From NCBI RefSeq assembly GCF_004010195.1, contig NC_057756.1, positions 2,544,776 to 2,608,775 of the forward strand: a stretch of DNA of 64,000 nucleotides. Reading direction: 5' to 3'. The translations under genes and the position numbers were made by a program. The DNA comes from Chiloscyllium plagiosum (taxonomy: Eukaryota). Below the pieces are notes generated by a model. The model was not told the origin of the DNA. It searched no databases and worked only from the letters and a program-made list of their open reading frames with translations. Of this stretch, positions 38,110 through 51,608 are shown piece after piece (within the stretch, counting starts at the first letter, position 1; every line of letters begins with the position of its first letter).

Positions 38110-39900
38110 GACATAGAATATGGAACATTGCAGTGCAGTAGAAAACATTTGGTCCTCGATATTGTGCAGACATGTGGAACTAACCTGACGCATGTCGATC
38201 CTACACTATTCCATTTCATTTCATATGTTTTCCCAATGACCCATTAATGCCCTTAAATTTTGCGAGTTTAGTATTGTTGCAGATAATGCATTCCACGCCT
38301 GTACTATGCTTTGAGTAAAGAACCTACCTCTGTCTTCTCTCCTACATCAATCACCCCTCCATTTAAAGCAATGTCGCCTCCTGCGAGCCATCACATTCCG
38401 ATGAAAAAGGCTCTCACTTTTCACCATATCTAATCCTCTGATTCACTTTTATATCTCAATTAAGTCATCTCTGAAACTTCTTCTCTCCAACGAAAACAGC
38501 ATCAAGTCCCCCATCCATTCCTCATAAGACTTTTCCTCCATATCAGGCAACATCCTAGGAAATCTCCGCTGCACCCTTTCCAAAGCTTCCTCATCATATC
38601 TATAATGTGAAAAACAGATTTGCACACAATGCTCCGATTGTGGCCGCTCCAGAGGTTTATACCGCTGTAGCTTGAACTCTTTGCTCTGAAACTCAACCTG
38701 GGTGGCAAATTAAAGGGATCTACGAACATGGACACCGCAAACTCTCTGCTTATCTACACTATCAAGAATCTTACCATTAACCCAATACTCTTTATTTCCG
38801 TTGTTGCTTCCAAGTGAATCATTGCACTGTTATTCGCTTTAAACTCCATTCCCTACATCTGAGCCCAGCTCTGAAGCTTGTCTATGTCCATCTGCAACTG
38901 ACAACACCGTTCAGCACTATCCACATGCCCACCGCCCTTAGTATCATTTGGAAATTTACGAACACATTCTTCTACGTACTTCTATTGGACAATTATAAAA
39001 AATGATAAAAAGCAGTGGCGCCAAAACAGATTATTGCATTACAACACAAGTAACTGAAAACCAGGATAAGTATTTCCTATCAACTACCATCCACTGTCTT
39101 ACTTCAGCTCGCCAATTTCTGATCAAAATTGCCGACTCAAAGTCTATCCCAAGCCTCCACGTTTTGTGTAATAGCCTATCATGGTGAACCTTACAAAACG
39201 CCTTCCTGCATCAACCGCTTTAACCTTATTCACCTATATGGTCACCACCACAAAATACTCAATTACGTTTGTGATGTAATATCTCACCTTTACAAAACAG
39301 TGTTGACTGTTGCTAATCAATTAATCATCCCTAGATGATTATAAATCCCACCTCTTCTAACATTTTCCAACATATTATCCACAAATGAAGTGAGGCTCAC
39401 TGGTTTGTAAGTACCAGAGTTCCCTCGACTCCCCTTCCTAAACCAGTGGCAACATTTGCTATCCTCCATTCTTTTGACATTATTCCATCAGAAAATGATG
39501 ATATAAAGATCAAAGCCAAAGGTTCTGCAATCTGCACCTTGAGTTCCCAGAGAACATTCGGATAAGTCCCACCCAGCCCTGGGAACTTATCTATTTTCAC
39601 ACTATCTAGCACTTCTTCCTTGTGAACCTCAATCCCGTCTAGTCAGGTTGCCTGTATCCCAGTATACTGCTCTCGAACATTATCTTTTCTGAGTGCGAAC
39701 ACTGACGAAAAATATTGATTTAGCGCTTCCACTACCTCCTTGGACTCCATGCACAATTTCCCTCTCTTTGTCTTTCATTGGTCAAATTCTTTCATTAGTC
39801 ATTCTTTTATTCCGGATATTTGGATAGAAAGATTTAACTTTTTCTTTGATGCCAGCTGTCAAAAATTCTCATGTCACCTCTTGGGTCTTCTTAGCTCTTG
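38110..39900 (-). mobile_element. CR1 LINE fragment with deletions, between the IgV and IgC pseudo-exons
   Basis: Reverse ORF 39397-39612 (KIDKFPG...LKVQIAEPLALIF...EWRIANV), CR1 C-terminus and tail near 38110-38160. Confidence 0.85.
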
Positions 39901-40142
39901 ATTGAGATTGCAAGGAGATAATCATTTTCTAAATTTTAATGCCAACGTAAAATATCTTTTCATGCAACATATGCTTTGTATTGCAGCTGCTTGAATATCA
40001 AGTTCTCTTTACTTAACATCACTTTATAGCACTGTAACTTAATTCATACTTAATTTTCGATTTTAGCCTTATACTCTTTTGTTTTGCTAAAACATGTCTC
40101 ATCCTTAAATGAATGAAACTGTCCGCTTTGATTCTCATTTAA

Positions 40143-40446
40143 CATTTTTCTTCGTGTTTCTTTGAATGTCTCAATATAACTTCAGAGTGCATACTTTTTT
40201 GAATGTGTGTTTCGAGTGAGATGTAAGGAAAAGATCTTTGTACTAGTGATCATTTCCACGAAGTGTGCTCAATCCTTCAGTGAATTAATTAATCTCATCT
40301 TGCTGACAACATTCACTCTCATCTAGTGGGATTTACTGGTAAAGATCCCTTAGTTTTTATACCAAGTGTAAGCAGTGACATGCTCTGTCCCATGCATAAT
40401 AAGAGCGGTGTCAATACATCGAGCAGTCCACAATGATACCTCATTG
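40143..40446 (+). pseudogene. IgC-domain pseudo-exon candidate
   Basis: About 300 nt; with frameshifts MCVSSEM*GK, TTFT..SSGIY, LVFIPSVSSDMLCPMHNKS, EQSTMI, ending G/GTTTGG (donor 40447); acceptor appears mutated (TTTAA at 40138-40142). Confidence 0.4.
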
Positions 40447-40654
40447 GTTTGGTCAACACTTGAAATTAAAGGACAGATTTTTCTGTACAAGACACAACAT
40501 ATTAAGGATGAGTGTGACAGAGTCTAAGTTACCCTGACTGACGTTCCTATTATACTGATTGTAGATCTTAACTAGACTCAGAATCACTTCTGGCCACACG
40601 GTTAATTCTTTAAATTGTCGTTGCTATTTTGAACAACGAAATGTGTTATTTCAG

Positions 40655-40750
40655 GTGATTTCTGAGATCTGCACATCGCTTTGCTCCCGAATTCAGATTT
40701 TGGCCAGTCAGGCAACGATGGTAGAGATGCTGCTCTTAAACTAAATAAAG
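40655..40750 (+). pseudogene. Possible decayed transmembrane exon
   Basis: TTATTTCAG acceptor, 96 nt to AAG/GTTTCG, phase 1-1, starts (G)DF*DLHIALLP; position between IgC and first heptad exon fits but hydrophobicity is weak. Confidence 0.25.
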
Positions 40751-41583
40751 GTTTCGTGAAACAATTAACATTATGTCATCGTGCTGGGTTTCATCCAGAT
40801 ATTAAATAATACTAAATTACCAATATGCTTAGATTGGATGGGAAAACATCATTGCCAACATTTGCCTCGTGTTTTGAATACTTATTAAACAAAGCAAGCA
40901 CCGACTTGCGGAAAATGATGTGACAGTGACGTGTCTATTCTGAACCTGAAAACTTTCACATATAGAGATAACGATACCTGTACGTCGAGGGGCACATTCA
41001 CATTACCAAAATAATTTCTTATGGAATGTATGATTACCTTAATTGAGGAAGGATGAAAATATAATTTAGACGTTTCAGCGGAGCCTTCAGAGGATTATTT
41101 CTGATTGAGTGAGTTAACTGTAAGGAGTCTTTGGACAGACTGACGTGGAGTCACTGGAATTTAGCACAGGACATTTGCATTGACTTAGCAGAATAAACTT
41201 TTTGACAGATCCTGTCAATTACTAAATAGAATAGCGATTTCTTCCACTTTTGAGTTCAGACAGTGACACACTATTTTTAAGGTATCCAAAGCCACTTTTT
41301 GGCAAATAATCGAAAGTGTTTTTTCTCCAACAGGATGAGGACGTTTGGAAACCTTTATATAAGTGAACTGCTCAGTGGGATAATTTATCTTTTAAAATTA
41401 CAGGAATTGATATTTCTTGTTAGCAAAGCATTACAATCTAATCGAAATACAAGAACTGCAACGCAAACAGATAAGTTGTGGTTTGATTAAACGGCCATTA
41501 TAATTTCAGTGTCAAATTGTCTTCTGTATTAAATTCCATGCTTATATGCATGTATTTATTTTACATTGACCTTATGTCTACAG

Positions 41584-41604
41584 AGCTTCAGAAGAGCAAA
41601 GAAG
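41584..41604 (+). CDS. 21-nt heptad micro-exon (E)LQKSKE
   Basis: CCTTATGTCTACAG | AGCTTCAGAAGAGCAAAGAAG | GTGAGG. Confidence 0.7.
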
Positions 41605-42470
41605 GTGAGGACTATGTTAGAAACCAATGTTTGTACTTTTGAAAACTATGAGCGACATCAACTAAAAAGTCCGAAGAAAAAAACAAGCATTAACGATTGC
41701 ATTTCCATTAACCACTTTCCCATCTTACGATTCAGTGATGCTAAATCCTAATGAATGCGTGTCCAGAAAGAATCAGGTACATTCCATGTACGAGAGACTG
41801 GAAAACGGATTGCAGATCCATGTACCAGTGAACATTTGCGGATGAGATATATTCTGATCGAAGCTTGTTATAACACAATGGATGCTGACACGCACATGTT
41901 GGTTGCCAGGAGAGTTCAAACATCGAGTTGTGCACAATTTTTCTTGCACTTTCTGCAAAATGCCTGACTTTAATGTGGACTTTGAAATTTGGCGAGCATG
42001 CTAAGTTACTTAATTTTATGTTCAATGAAGTCACATAATTTTAACTGTAACATAATTTTTACTGTAAACAACACCGCTGGACTCTACAATGCTCCACGCG
42101 ACACTCTGAGCACAGAAGCGTCATACCCATGATATCACCAAAAGTATCATTGAATAACATCTGGACATTATGTACAAAATAAGCAAAACCAAATAATTTC
42201 TCCAAACATGATTGTGCAGAGTCTAAATGTATGCTACACGTGAAAACGTCAGATGGTAGCACCTCCTCTGAACATTCGACTACGTGAATGTCCAAACATG
42301 CCCTTATCTGAATATACGACAATGGAAAGTTGACGGATCGACATCTGAAAACTACCACATACAAACCATCATATAAAATGAGTCATTGCCTCATTCGGCA
42401 TAGAGAGATCTGCATCTCATCTGTTTATCCATCAAATAGTTTCTTTGTGAACTTGCAAACATACTGTTAT

Positions 42471-42640
42471 CGTGGTTCTGTTCACCGAACTGGGAATTTG
42501 TTTTGCAGACGTTTCGTCCCCTGTCTCCTCAGTACTTGTCACCTGGACAGGGGACAAAACGTCTGCAACACAAATTCCCAGCTCGGCGAACAGAACCACA
42601 ACAACGAGCACCCGAGCTGCAAATCTTCGCACAAACTTTG
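42471..42640. mobile_element. Fold-back Penelope-terminus element with 13-bp TSD
   Basis: Inverted arms ~42472-42525 and ~42546-42599; AACATACTGTTAT at 42458-42470 and 42641-42653. Confidence 0.85.
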
Positions 42641-43289
42641 AACATACTGTTATGTTCACTGACCGACTCTGAACTCCAAACAACGCATTCCAATCGCCCT
42701 GTCATGATTCTGACAGGAAAAAAGTTCACACATTTCATCGCACTAAAATAACAAATATCAATTTATTTTTCTTCCCAAGAGCACGATACACAACATTCAT
42801 TGATCAGTATCTCTAACAGAACATGAGCTCTACCTCGTCACTTATATTGATTCCTGAAGTCTTACCTGTTTCGGGATATATCCGAATGACTCTTTCACAT
42901 CTACAGTAAACATCACAATGAACAGTTTAAAAATCATTGTTTGCACACTGCAAGCATGCAAGTATCACACAACATTCATATATTCTCAGCAGCTATCAAT
43001 GCAGGTTATGTGCATTTAATCTATGTGTAGTGATTTCATTGTGCAGTCAAATGTCGTTTGTACAGTTTTCAGTCCTTTGCATGATCATATTCTGGCATCA
43101 AATGATTGTATTGCTAGGATTGTGTTAGATAATGAAATTAAAGTCAGCTTTCAAATATTATCAAGTTCTGGTTTAGGATCTTTGGCAAAAGACTTGTATT
43201 GCAATACATTTTACTTTAAATGTGCATGACTAATTCATAATAGAACAATGCATTTTTGCGTAAGGGCGATTTTCTGTTGTGTCTTACAG

Positions 43290-43310
43290 CGTTCAGAAAA
43301 TTTGAAGATA
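43290..43310 (+). pseudogene. Heptad micro-exon copy (A)FRKFED with dead donor
   Basis: GTCTTACAG | CGTTCAGAAAATTTGAAGATA | TTGAGA; paralogue of 58947-58967. Confidence 0.6.
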
Positions 43311-44138
43311 TTGAGATCTTTAACACACTGCGGATACTCTGCATTTCGAATGTCAAATAAATATGATAGAAATTTTATTTTTCAACGATCATTGCAACTT
43401 CATTAGCAGTAACATTCAATGTTGTCCTGCAGGCAGGTGTCACCATGCATTCGATGAACAACTCACAAACAAAATCCGACAAATTTGTTGAAACACATTG
43501 CACATTTCACATCTTACCAAACTGTGGAGAATGGATACTCTATTATAACAAACATACAACTAAACGATAATGGGAAGGCCTCCATTTCCTATTTCCAATC
43601 AATTCTCTTAGCTCATGAATACAGTGTTATCATTACTCGATCCTATCTGGCAACACATCTTTATGCTAAATTTAAAGAAAAGCCTTTGGCTCATTCAAGC
43701 CAGAATAGTTTACCTAATTGACAGTGAGTCGTGCTGTGTTGGGTATTATGTGCCTATTTTATGACAATGAGTATCAGCATGATCGGTGTTAATATAGGTG
43801 TCCAGCAGAAATCGAAAAAAAATTCTGGAAATGCGTAAGAAACTGAAAGAAAAACATATGGTCTATAAAGAGTAATTGTTCGGAATAAAATGATAAAAAC
43901 AACAAATATCAGCAATTGTCATCAATAGCATACAGGCAAAATAATGTTGGAGGATCAACTATGATGATTTCATTTTGTAAATGTATCTTGTGCTAAAGCA
44001 AAGTTGTGAAAGAAAGCATGCAACAATTCAACAAGCTGAAATCATGTTTCGAAATTTACTTCACTCATGAGTACTGCATCAAATTCATGACATTTTGATA
44101 TTGCACAAAATTCTTGAAGAAATCTATTCTGCTTGCAG

Positions 44139-44159
44139 ATTATGCAGCCAAAGAAGCTG
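44139..44159 (+). pseudogene. Heptad micro-exon copy (D)YAAKEA with dead donor
   Basis: TTCTGCTTGCAG | ATTATGCAGCCAAAGAAGCTG | GGGAGT; paralogue of 51237-51257 and 61423-61443. Confidence 0.65.
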
Positions 44160-45019
44160 GGGAGTTTATCAGCAGTAATTGGATTTTACTGTGACAGTAA
44201 TGCTCAGAATAAGCCAAAACGGGTTGTTCTGCTCCTGTGTTCGAAGTTAGAATGAAACGAATTTAAATTAAATACATGCTTGCTATGAAATGATTCCTGA
44301 GTTGTGCAGATAACGAGAATTACATTTGGTCTTGGATCAGAATGGGAATACGAGGGACTGAAATAATGCAGATGCAAGTGAAATAGTATTAATTCTATTA
44401 TTCAGCATTATTGGAATTGTAGCATAATTCTCAAGCAAGGTGAATCTGCAGCATTGCTCTCAGTAAGCAATGTTGACAGCAAAACCAGAGTTCATTCGCA
44501 GCACAGATTTTTAGCTGTGATGACCAGATGAATTGGATGATGAACATAAATTATAATGCCAAAGACTGAAACATATATTCCACATTTTCTCGTGTCAGTT
44601 AATTTGAAGTCATAATGTAGCAGGGAATGCATTTGCTAAATGAACAATATCACCAGCGGATTAAACCGGTAGTAATTTTCAAGTCCACTAAAATTATGTT
44701 GTCAATTTGATTACATATGGAATTGTATTGAGAATTCTCTAATTCTACACAATAGACAACATGTTCTGCGAATCCATCCTCAGGTAAATTGATAGTCAGA
44801 GAAGTATCAGGTAATGGAAATTTAGGAAAGCTTTGAAGAAATGTAAATCATTGAATTCCAATGATGCAAATAACATTAGGCATTCTCAATCACTTCGTAC
44901 AATTAGAACTTGAACTCTTCAATCTTTTCTATCGTTTTTCATCACTAAGTTGAAACAGGAGAGTTATGGTGAATGGCCACAAAGTTCTTGCCCACTGACA
45001 GTGTGATCATTTGCCTTGC

Positions 45020-45785
45020 CTTATTTCACCTTCTCTCGTTGGTGCATCGAATACTTCCAGACGAAAAGGGTTGACATGGGCACTGACATGAGTTCCAGCT
45101 ATGCCTGTCACTTCGTTGTCTCAATAGAACAGTCCATCATCCATTGTTATGCTAGCACTACTCCCCACCTCTTCCTCCCCTACATTGATGATTGCATCAG
45201 CGCCAACTCGTGATCCCGCGAGAAGATTGAGCAGCTCATCAACTTTACCAACACATTATACCCCTACCTTAATTTCACCTGGACCATCTCTGTCATCTCC
45301 CTCCCATTCCTTGGCCTCTCCACCTCAATCAGTGACAACCGATTCAATACTGACAAGTTTTATGAACCCACTCAATGCCACAGCTAACTGGATTACACCT
45401 CTTCCCACCCTACCTACTGCAAAACTGTTATCCCATATTCCCAATTCCCCCGTCTACGCCATATCTGCTTCCAGGAGGACCAGTTCCACCACAGAGCACA
45501 CGAGATGTCCAACTACTTTAAATAACGTAATTTCCCGTCCCAACGTGGCTGAAGATGCACTCAAATGCATCACATCCACGTGCCACACCTCCGCCCTCAA
45601 ACCCGACACCTCCAACAGCAACAGGAACCGAACCCTCCCAGTCCTCACCGACCATCCCACCATCCTCCACATAATCCGTATCATCCGCCGACATTTCCGC
45701 CATCTGCAAACGGACCTCACCACCAGGGTTATATTTCCCTCACCATACCTATCCGCTTACCACAGAGACCATTCCCTCCATTACG
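45020..45785 (+). mobile_element. C-rich Penelope-like RT fragment
   Basis: YFQTKRVDMGTDMSSSYACHFV...FLPYIDDCI (ORF 45016-45213); same family as 17645-19865. Confidence 0.9.
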
Positions 45786-48676
45786 TTGGGATGATCTGTT
45801 GGTTTTTCAGAAAGTTTAAGTAATTTGGTGTCCTGATTTCTGAGGGTTGTGTTTGTGATTCATTCAGTAATCTTGTCCAACAAATTTTGTATTGTTTGAA
45901 ATTGTTTCATTTGACCAACAATTATGTCAAGGAATTTGCAGCTCCTTAAAGCATTGAGGAAATGTAGGGTCTGGACTACCTTCTTGAAAGGTTTAGAAGA
46001 CTCTGCTAATAACAACGGCGTTTCAAAAGAGCTGGTGGACGCTTCACAGTTGCTTGGACGCAAAAAATGGAGAGGTGAGGGAACCTTCAGACATACAGAA
46101 CAGAAAAATCACACTGACGTTGCTGACAAAAATTCTAATACAAATCAACATCGATTACGAGGACAATGGCAAGGAGATCTGCTTCAGTGGATGATAATTT
46201 AAATTTGTTGCAATCTGTTAGTAGAAGTTAACAAAAACCGAATTTATTTTTTTTTTCTGAAGGGTGCTTTCTAGTTTCTTATTTGCATTTTAAATTCATA
46301 TATACTATTGAATGGATCATTCAGGTATTTCAAACATTTGTATTTCAAAGTTAACAACAATATCAAAATTCATTAATCCAATGAAGAAATGCACGAATAC
46401 TTTTGTAGCCACAATTTTCAAAGTAAATGCAGAAAGCGGCTCAGGGACAGTCAGCACATTCAATGTAGAAGAATTGCACGATTCGTGAATGTGCTTCGAT
46501 TTTGTGGGTTTACAACCATCCAAAACAAATCAATCCCAATTGAAAAAAAAATGTATTATGACAACAACTAATGCAGAAAGTATTGGAGAGCAGGACTATG
46601 ACCAAAGCGTTAGTAATCAACTAGATCATTCAATATCTTGGAGAAATATAGGCCACATTACGTTTTGATGAACAAAATTAAGACTTATACATGCTCTGCT
46701 TTGAAAAACCCGATTAAGTCAGAAGAATCGCATTGTAGAAGTAAAATACCTTTCGTGCTATTATGTCCTTATTAAGGTGAGAATGCTTGTTTTAGCAAAT
46801 ACATTCTAATGTAAAGCAGAGGAGTCAATTATTTTGAATTTCTCATTTAATTTCTGGGTCCATACTTTTAAAGGCATATGTGCCACGGTTTTATGTTCAC
46901 ACACTATCCTGGATAACTTTGCTGGTTTTGATGCAAAGGTAGCTTCAACGTGACTGTTTACAGGAACAGGTTGCCCACGTTTAGTCTCTTTTGCACAGAA
47001 ATGATCAATGTAATCATGGGTGCGAAAGTGATCACAACGTTTTGACAACACCATGCAGATTACAGGCAAGTGTAACGTATGGGACGCTGAAACAGACAGT
47101 CAAATCTTTGGATGGCCACTGTCTTTACGTTTTTACCAATACTTCACGTTGCTTTGACAATCAAATGTTTGATACTAGGCTAACCTTTGCAAGTGTCACA
47201 AACATTCTGATGGAACATTATTTACCTGCGAACACTTAAAGATGGGATCTTTACTTATAGGAGCTTGCTGTAATGTGATGGATGCCGACCCACGTTTTGT
47301 TCGGCAGGACTGTTAAAAATTGAATTTTGCACAACACAGCACTTAAAAGTCTATCAAAATATCCGATGTACTGTGGAAGGTGAAAATCTGGCAAGCATGT
47401 CTAAAAGTCTATATTTAAGTTCAAGCATATCATATTATGAATTTAGCCGACATATAATGGCTTTTAAACGAAAGAAATGGCGCATTAACTCCACACTGCA
47501 CCATTGAATCAGCAATGGACTATATGCTGAATACTGAGACGAGGTACGCATGATTTCAACTAATTTTTCATTGGATACCACCTGCACGTGACATTCCCAC
47601 AAAATACCAAACGAATGCCCCAGACATGGACTACACATGGTTTCCAGGAATACAATTTCAGAATGCCCGGGAAAAGGTCAGATGATGGCAATCTCCTCTG
47701 ATAACTCGAATAATTGGTTATCTAAAAATATTTCCCTCATCTGAATATCTGCCAATTGAAAAGTTCGGCACCTGACAAATAACACCATCCAAACTCGCAT
47801 AAAACGCCATTCTCTCATAATGCACCAAAAGACTTGCATTTCATGCACTTATCAATGAAATATTTTCTTTGTTAACTTGTTCTTATCGTGATTTCTGCAG
47901 ATGTTGCAAAGCTACTACACACAACTGTAAACTGACATTTACTGTCTGTCAGGAAGTCGACCTGAATAACTTGCTTCATAGTCAGCCGCTTCTTTAATCC
48001 CGTGTGATTTAAGGGAATCCGAGATCTCAGTCTTCTTTGCCCACCAATACATTCCAGTTAACCTATTATGAGACCTGCATGCAAAACTTTTCTTTTACAT
48101 CGCACTACTTGCAAATTCTCTTGAACAACAACGGTCAATAGAAAATGTTTTGTATTCAAGAATTTATTACATAGCTTTCAACATGAGAATCATAAAACAA
48201 ACAAACAGCTCTACCCCTCACCGACGTTGAATTCTTAAATCTTATGAATCTAGGACAGCATCTGAACAATTCTGGTACATGTACACAAAACACTGACTTG
48301 ATGAACAGTTTAATACTTGGTGTTCAAGCAGACAGTGTACGCATTTATGACACAAATCCCATACAGTTTACTGCACTCAGCAGCTATCAATTTGAATTTG
48401 CTTCATTTAATCCATGTGCAGTGATTGCATTGTGCAGGCAATTGTCATTCGTAATTTTCTTGGTGCATCGGATGATCATTATCTGACATGAAATCACCTA
48501 ATTGCTTGCATTGTGTTAGATTATGAAATGAAAGGTCACATTCAGATATTGTGGAATATTGGTTTCTGAACATTGACAATAGTGCGTTATAGTCAGTATT
48601 GTTGTCACTTTGCAAGGCCAATTGGGTATAGAGCAACACATGCTCACATATGCGTGCTTTCTATTGTGACTTTCAG

Positions 48677-48697
48677 CGTTCAGAAAATGTCAAGAAG
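48677..48697 (+). pseudogene. Heptad micro-exon copy (A)FRKCQE with dead donor
   Basis: GACTTTCAG | CGTTCAGAAAATGTCAAGAAG | TTGAGA. Confidence 0.65.
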
Positions 48698-49989
48698 TTG
48701 AGAATTCTAAAACACTTCAGACATTGCAGCGGAATGTCAAAACAATGCAATTGTAAAATAAAGTGCATACCTGTTCAAGGGTGAAGGTACTTCAAGAATT
48801 AAAAAAAAATTTCAAGAGAAACAAAAAAAGTGTAAACAAACACAATGCGGGAAAAATGTCCAAGTTTTTCTCCTCTACGAATATGTAAACTCGTGATATA
48901 AAATGAAAGACCGATTGAGAATCTGACCGACTTCTAAAAACCATGGCTGACTATTAACTTCCAGCAAATTGAAAACCGGTGCAATATTGTACAATATCAC
49001 AAACGCGGAGTAGACTTTGCATTTGTGCCCTGAATTGAAACACATGGCAGTATACGGAACATGTACATTGATCTTTTACTGTAAATACTCGAATGGAATG
49101 GCCAGAAATCTTCAAAATATTTGAGAAAAAACTAGTCCAGACTCTAACGTTTCTAGTAGTCTTAAGTTTGATATTCCAGGAAATATGCAGCTGGGTCAAA
49201 CCACTAATTTTTCCACAAAACGGAATTCATTCACAGAACACCAAACGAAAAATAAGCAAAAGAGAGCATAATGCACAATAACAAATTGCTGATAACTCGA
49301 TGAACACTATACTCCCCCACCCCACAGTCAACAAAAAAAGGATTTCCGATTTCCTGCAATATGTCATAAATAATCGCGTTGGCACAAAGCAAAGTTCCAA
49401 CACGGGTTCTTACTGGAGATAAAGATTGCACAGAGGGCTATCCAGGGATTACTGGCTGAAACACGGAAAATCTTTTTTTCCAGTTATCCTCTGGAGGTTA
49501 CAAGCAAAAAGAACTAAGCCAAACTGAAAAACTGCATGAACTGGGAGAACTGGCCACTCTTTCCCCATTGTACAAGTGATTTTTTTCTCGAAAAAAAACT
49601 TTTCCTTGATTTTTGCCTTAGTCAGTTTCTGTTATCCAACATGCATGTGGCCTAATTTCGAGCAAATTGGCACCTCCGACATTTCCAATTCTTTTTGAAT
49701 AGAACTGTGGCAAAGACAACCTTGTTAAAGGAGCAGCATCGTTACAATATCCAGCAGAATCAAAATCTACACTAACTCATGTCTCAAAATGCAATAAACG
49801 ACATCTATACTCTCTAAAAAAAACTCTGAAGTAAATACATCATCATATTCACGATGACCAAAATCATTTTACGTTAGACATTTGGCCATCCACTGAAGCC
49901 AGCCATGTACAGTAAAGAAACCTACACGTTTCCTCAGATATGAAAAGGTACCCAGTCTCATTCTCGATCTTACCTATATTCAGATATTT

Positions 49990-50310
49990 AAGCAAACAGA
50001 CAACTCATAGACACGGTCTTTTACCTGGTAAAGGTGAGTCTGAAGGCAGTGGAGATAGGTTGAGGGTGGGAGGGGTAAGTTTTAAAAGGGACCTCAGGGA
50101 CAAAATTTTATGCGGAGTACATTGCATGAATTAATGAAGGACGTTATAATTATAACATTTAAAGTCATATGTATGTGTCGATGAACGGGAAGCATTTAAT
50201 GTGATATTCACCAAGGGCTCGCAACTTGGAGAAGATTGCGACAGGATATCGGATCGGCATAGATGAGGTGGAATAACGTTTCTGTTTCCGTGCTGCATAT
50301 CTCTATGATG
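49990..50310 (+). mobile_element. Old CR1 3' fragment (paralogous remnant at ~60200-60430)
   Basis: GATAGGTTGAGGGTGGGAGGGGTAAGTTTTAAAAGGGACCT and tail TCTGTTTCCGTGCTG..TATCTCTATGA. Confidence 0.7.
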
Positions 50311-51236
50311 CTAAGACACTGATCACCCGTTTGCATTTATCCATAAGCTTCCGTTTATTTTAAAATTTATCTCATTAAGAAAATGACTCACTTTGCGAAA
50401 ATCTACACATTCTTTGCTTTAACCAAATAGAAAACCTTATGTATGTCATTTGAAGACAAGTTACATTCTCCGTGATCTTACAGAATCTCGTGAATGAAAG
50501 GAAGTGTGGAAACTGCAGCCCTTCTTGATTAACAATTCACCTGTCCTTATATTTTTATAGTCAATAACATATAACGCTGTTCTGCAGGCAAGTGTACCCA
50601 GACATAGGATGTACAACTCCTAAACAATCTCCTAATCATTTGTGCCAAGACATTTGCATTCGCTATTCTAAAAATAACTTGGCATCATTGATACTCTATC
50701 ATAATAAGCAGACAACAGAACAATAATGACAAAACGAACTTTTTCCATTTCCAGTCCATTCTCATCAGTTGATGAAATATCTGTTATTTTTGCACTATCT
50801 GATATGTCAAAAACATAATTTAGAGAAAGGCCTTTGTCTCATTCAAAGCAGATTGATTTATCTAAATGTCAGTGAGCCATGCCATGGTAGGCGTTGAATG
50901 TCTATTATTTATCAATGTCTACCAGCATTTAATATGCTGTCAATGATGCTCCAGCAGAAGTCTAGCCACAGAATTCTGGCCAAAATGTAAGAAAAAGAAA
51001 GAAACAAATACGTCCCGTCACGAGTAAGTGGAATGCATTTCAGAATAAAACGTCCAAACAATAACAGAATTTCTGGACAGTATAGCAGAGGAAAATTAAA
51101 GAGAAAGGAGGAGGGCATCAATTCATTAACATAAAGTTAAAATTTGTAAATTTCAACTAATAATACGTACTGCATTCCAGTCATGACAATTTGATACAGC
51201 ATAAAATTAATCAATGTGTCTTGTTTCCACTTGCAG

Positions 51237-51257
51237 GTTACGTCGTCAAAGAAGCTG
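51237..51257 (+). CDS. 21-nt heptad micro-exon (G)YVVKEA
   Basis: CTTGTTTCCACTTGCAG | GTTACGTCGTCAAAGAAGCTG | GTGAGT. Confidence 0.7.
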
Positions 51258-51372
51258 GTGAGTTTCTATCTGAAAATAGATTTGCAGTGACAGGCTTACA
51301 ATAAACCAACACAAATAGCGTTGTTTGAATTTGGAATAAAGTGAGTTTAAATTGCTTCCTGTCTCTTTGCAG

Positions 51373-51389
51373 TTGGTAGACCTAATTGA
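51373..51389 (+). CDS. Candidate stop-containing (terminal) exon start, (V)GRPN*
   Basis: CTTCCTGTCTCTTTGCAG acceptor 115 nt after the previous donor; phase-1 frame ends in TGA 51387-51389, same position as in paralogue 61578-61594. Confidence 0.4.
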
Positions 51390-51608
51390 TTCTGGTGATT
51401 ATGCAGATATACTGAGATACATTTGATCCTGGAGAGGAGTTGGAACATGAGCGACTGAAATAATGTACTTGTGACTCACATAGTGCTATAATTCATTCCT
51501 GTAGTGTTATGAAATCTGCATAGTCGATATTCTATTTGTGTAACCATATGTGTGCGCATAAACACATACACACAACCATGAATCATATTTTACGAATTTT
51601 CCCTGCGA

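Larger units (their letters stand above)
41780..45000. repeat. Segmental duplication R, copy 1 (internally deleted)
   Basis: 41780-43360 aligns to ~47200-48730 and ~56230-59020; 43400-45000 aligns to ~50550-52170 and ~60670-62430. Confidence 0.85.

Noticed and set aside
46050..46074. CAG...GAG/GTGAGG micro-exon candidate
   Set aside because: 25 nt, not frame-preserving, weak pyrimidine tract, and splice sites are absent in the paralogous region near 55000
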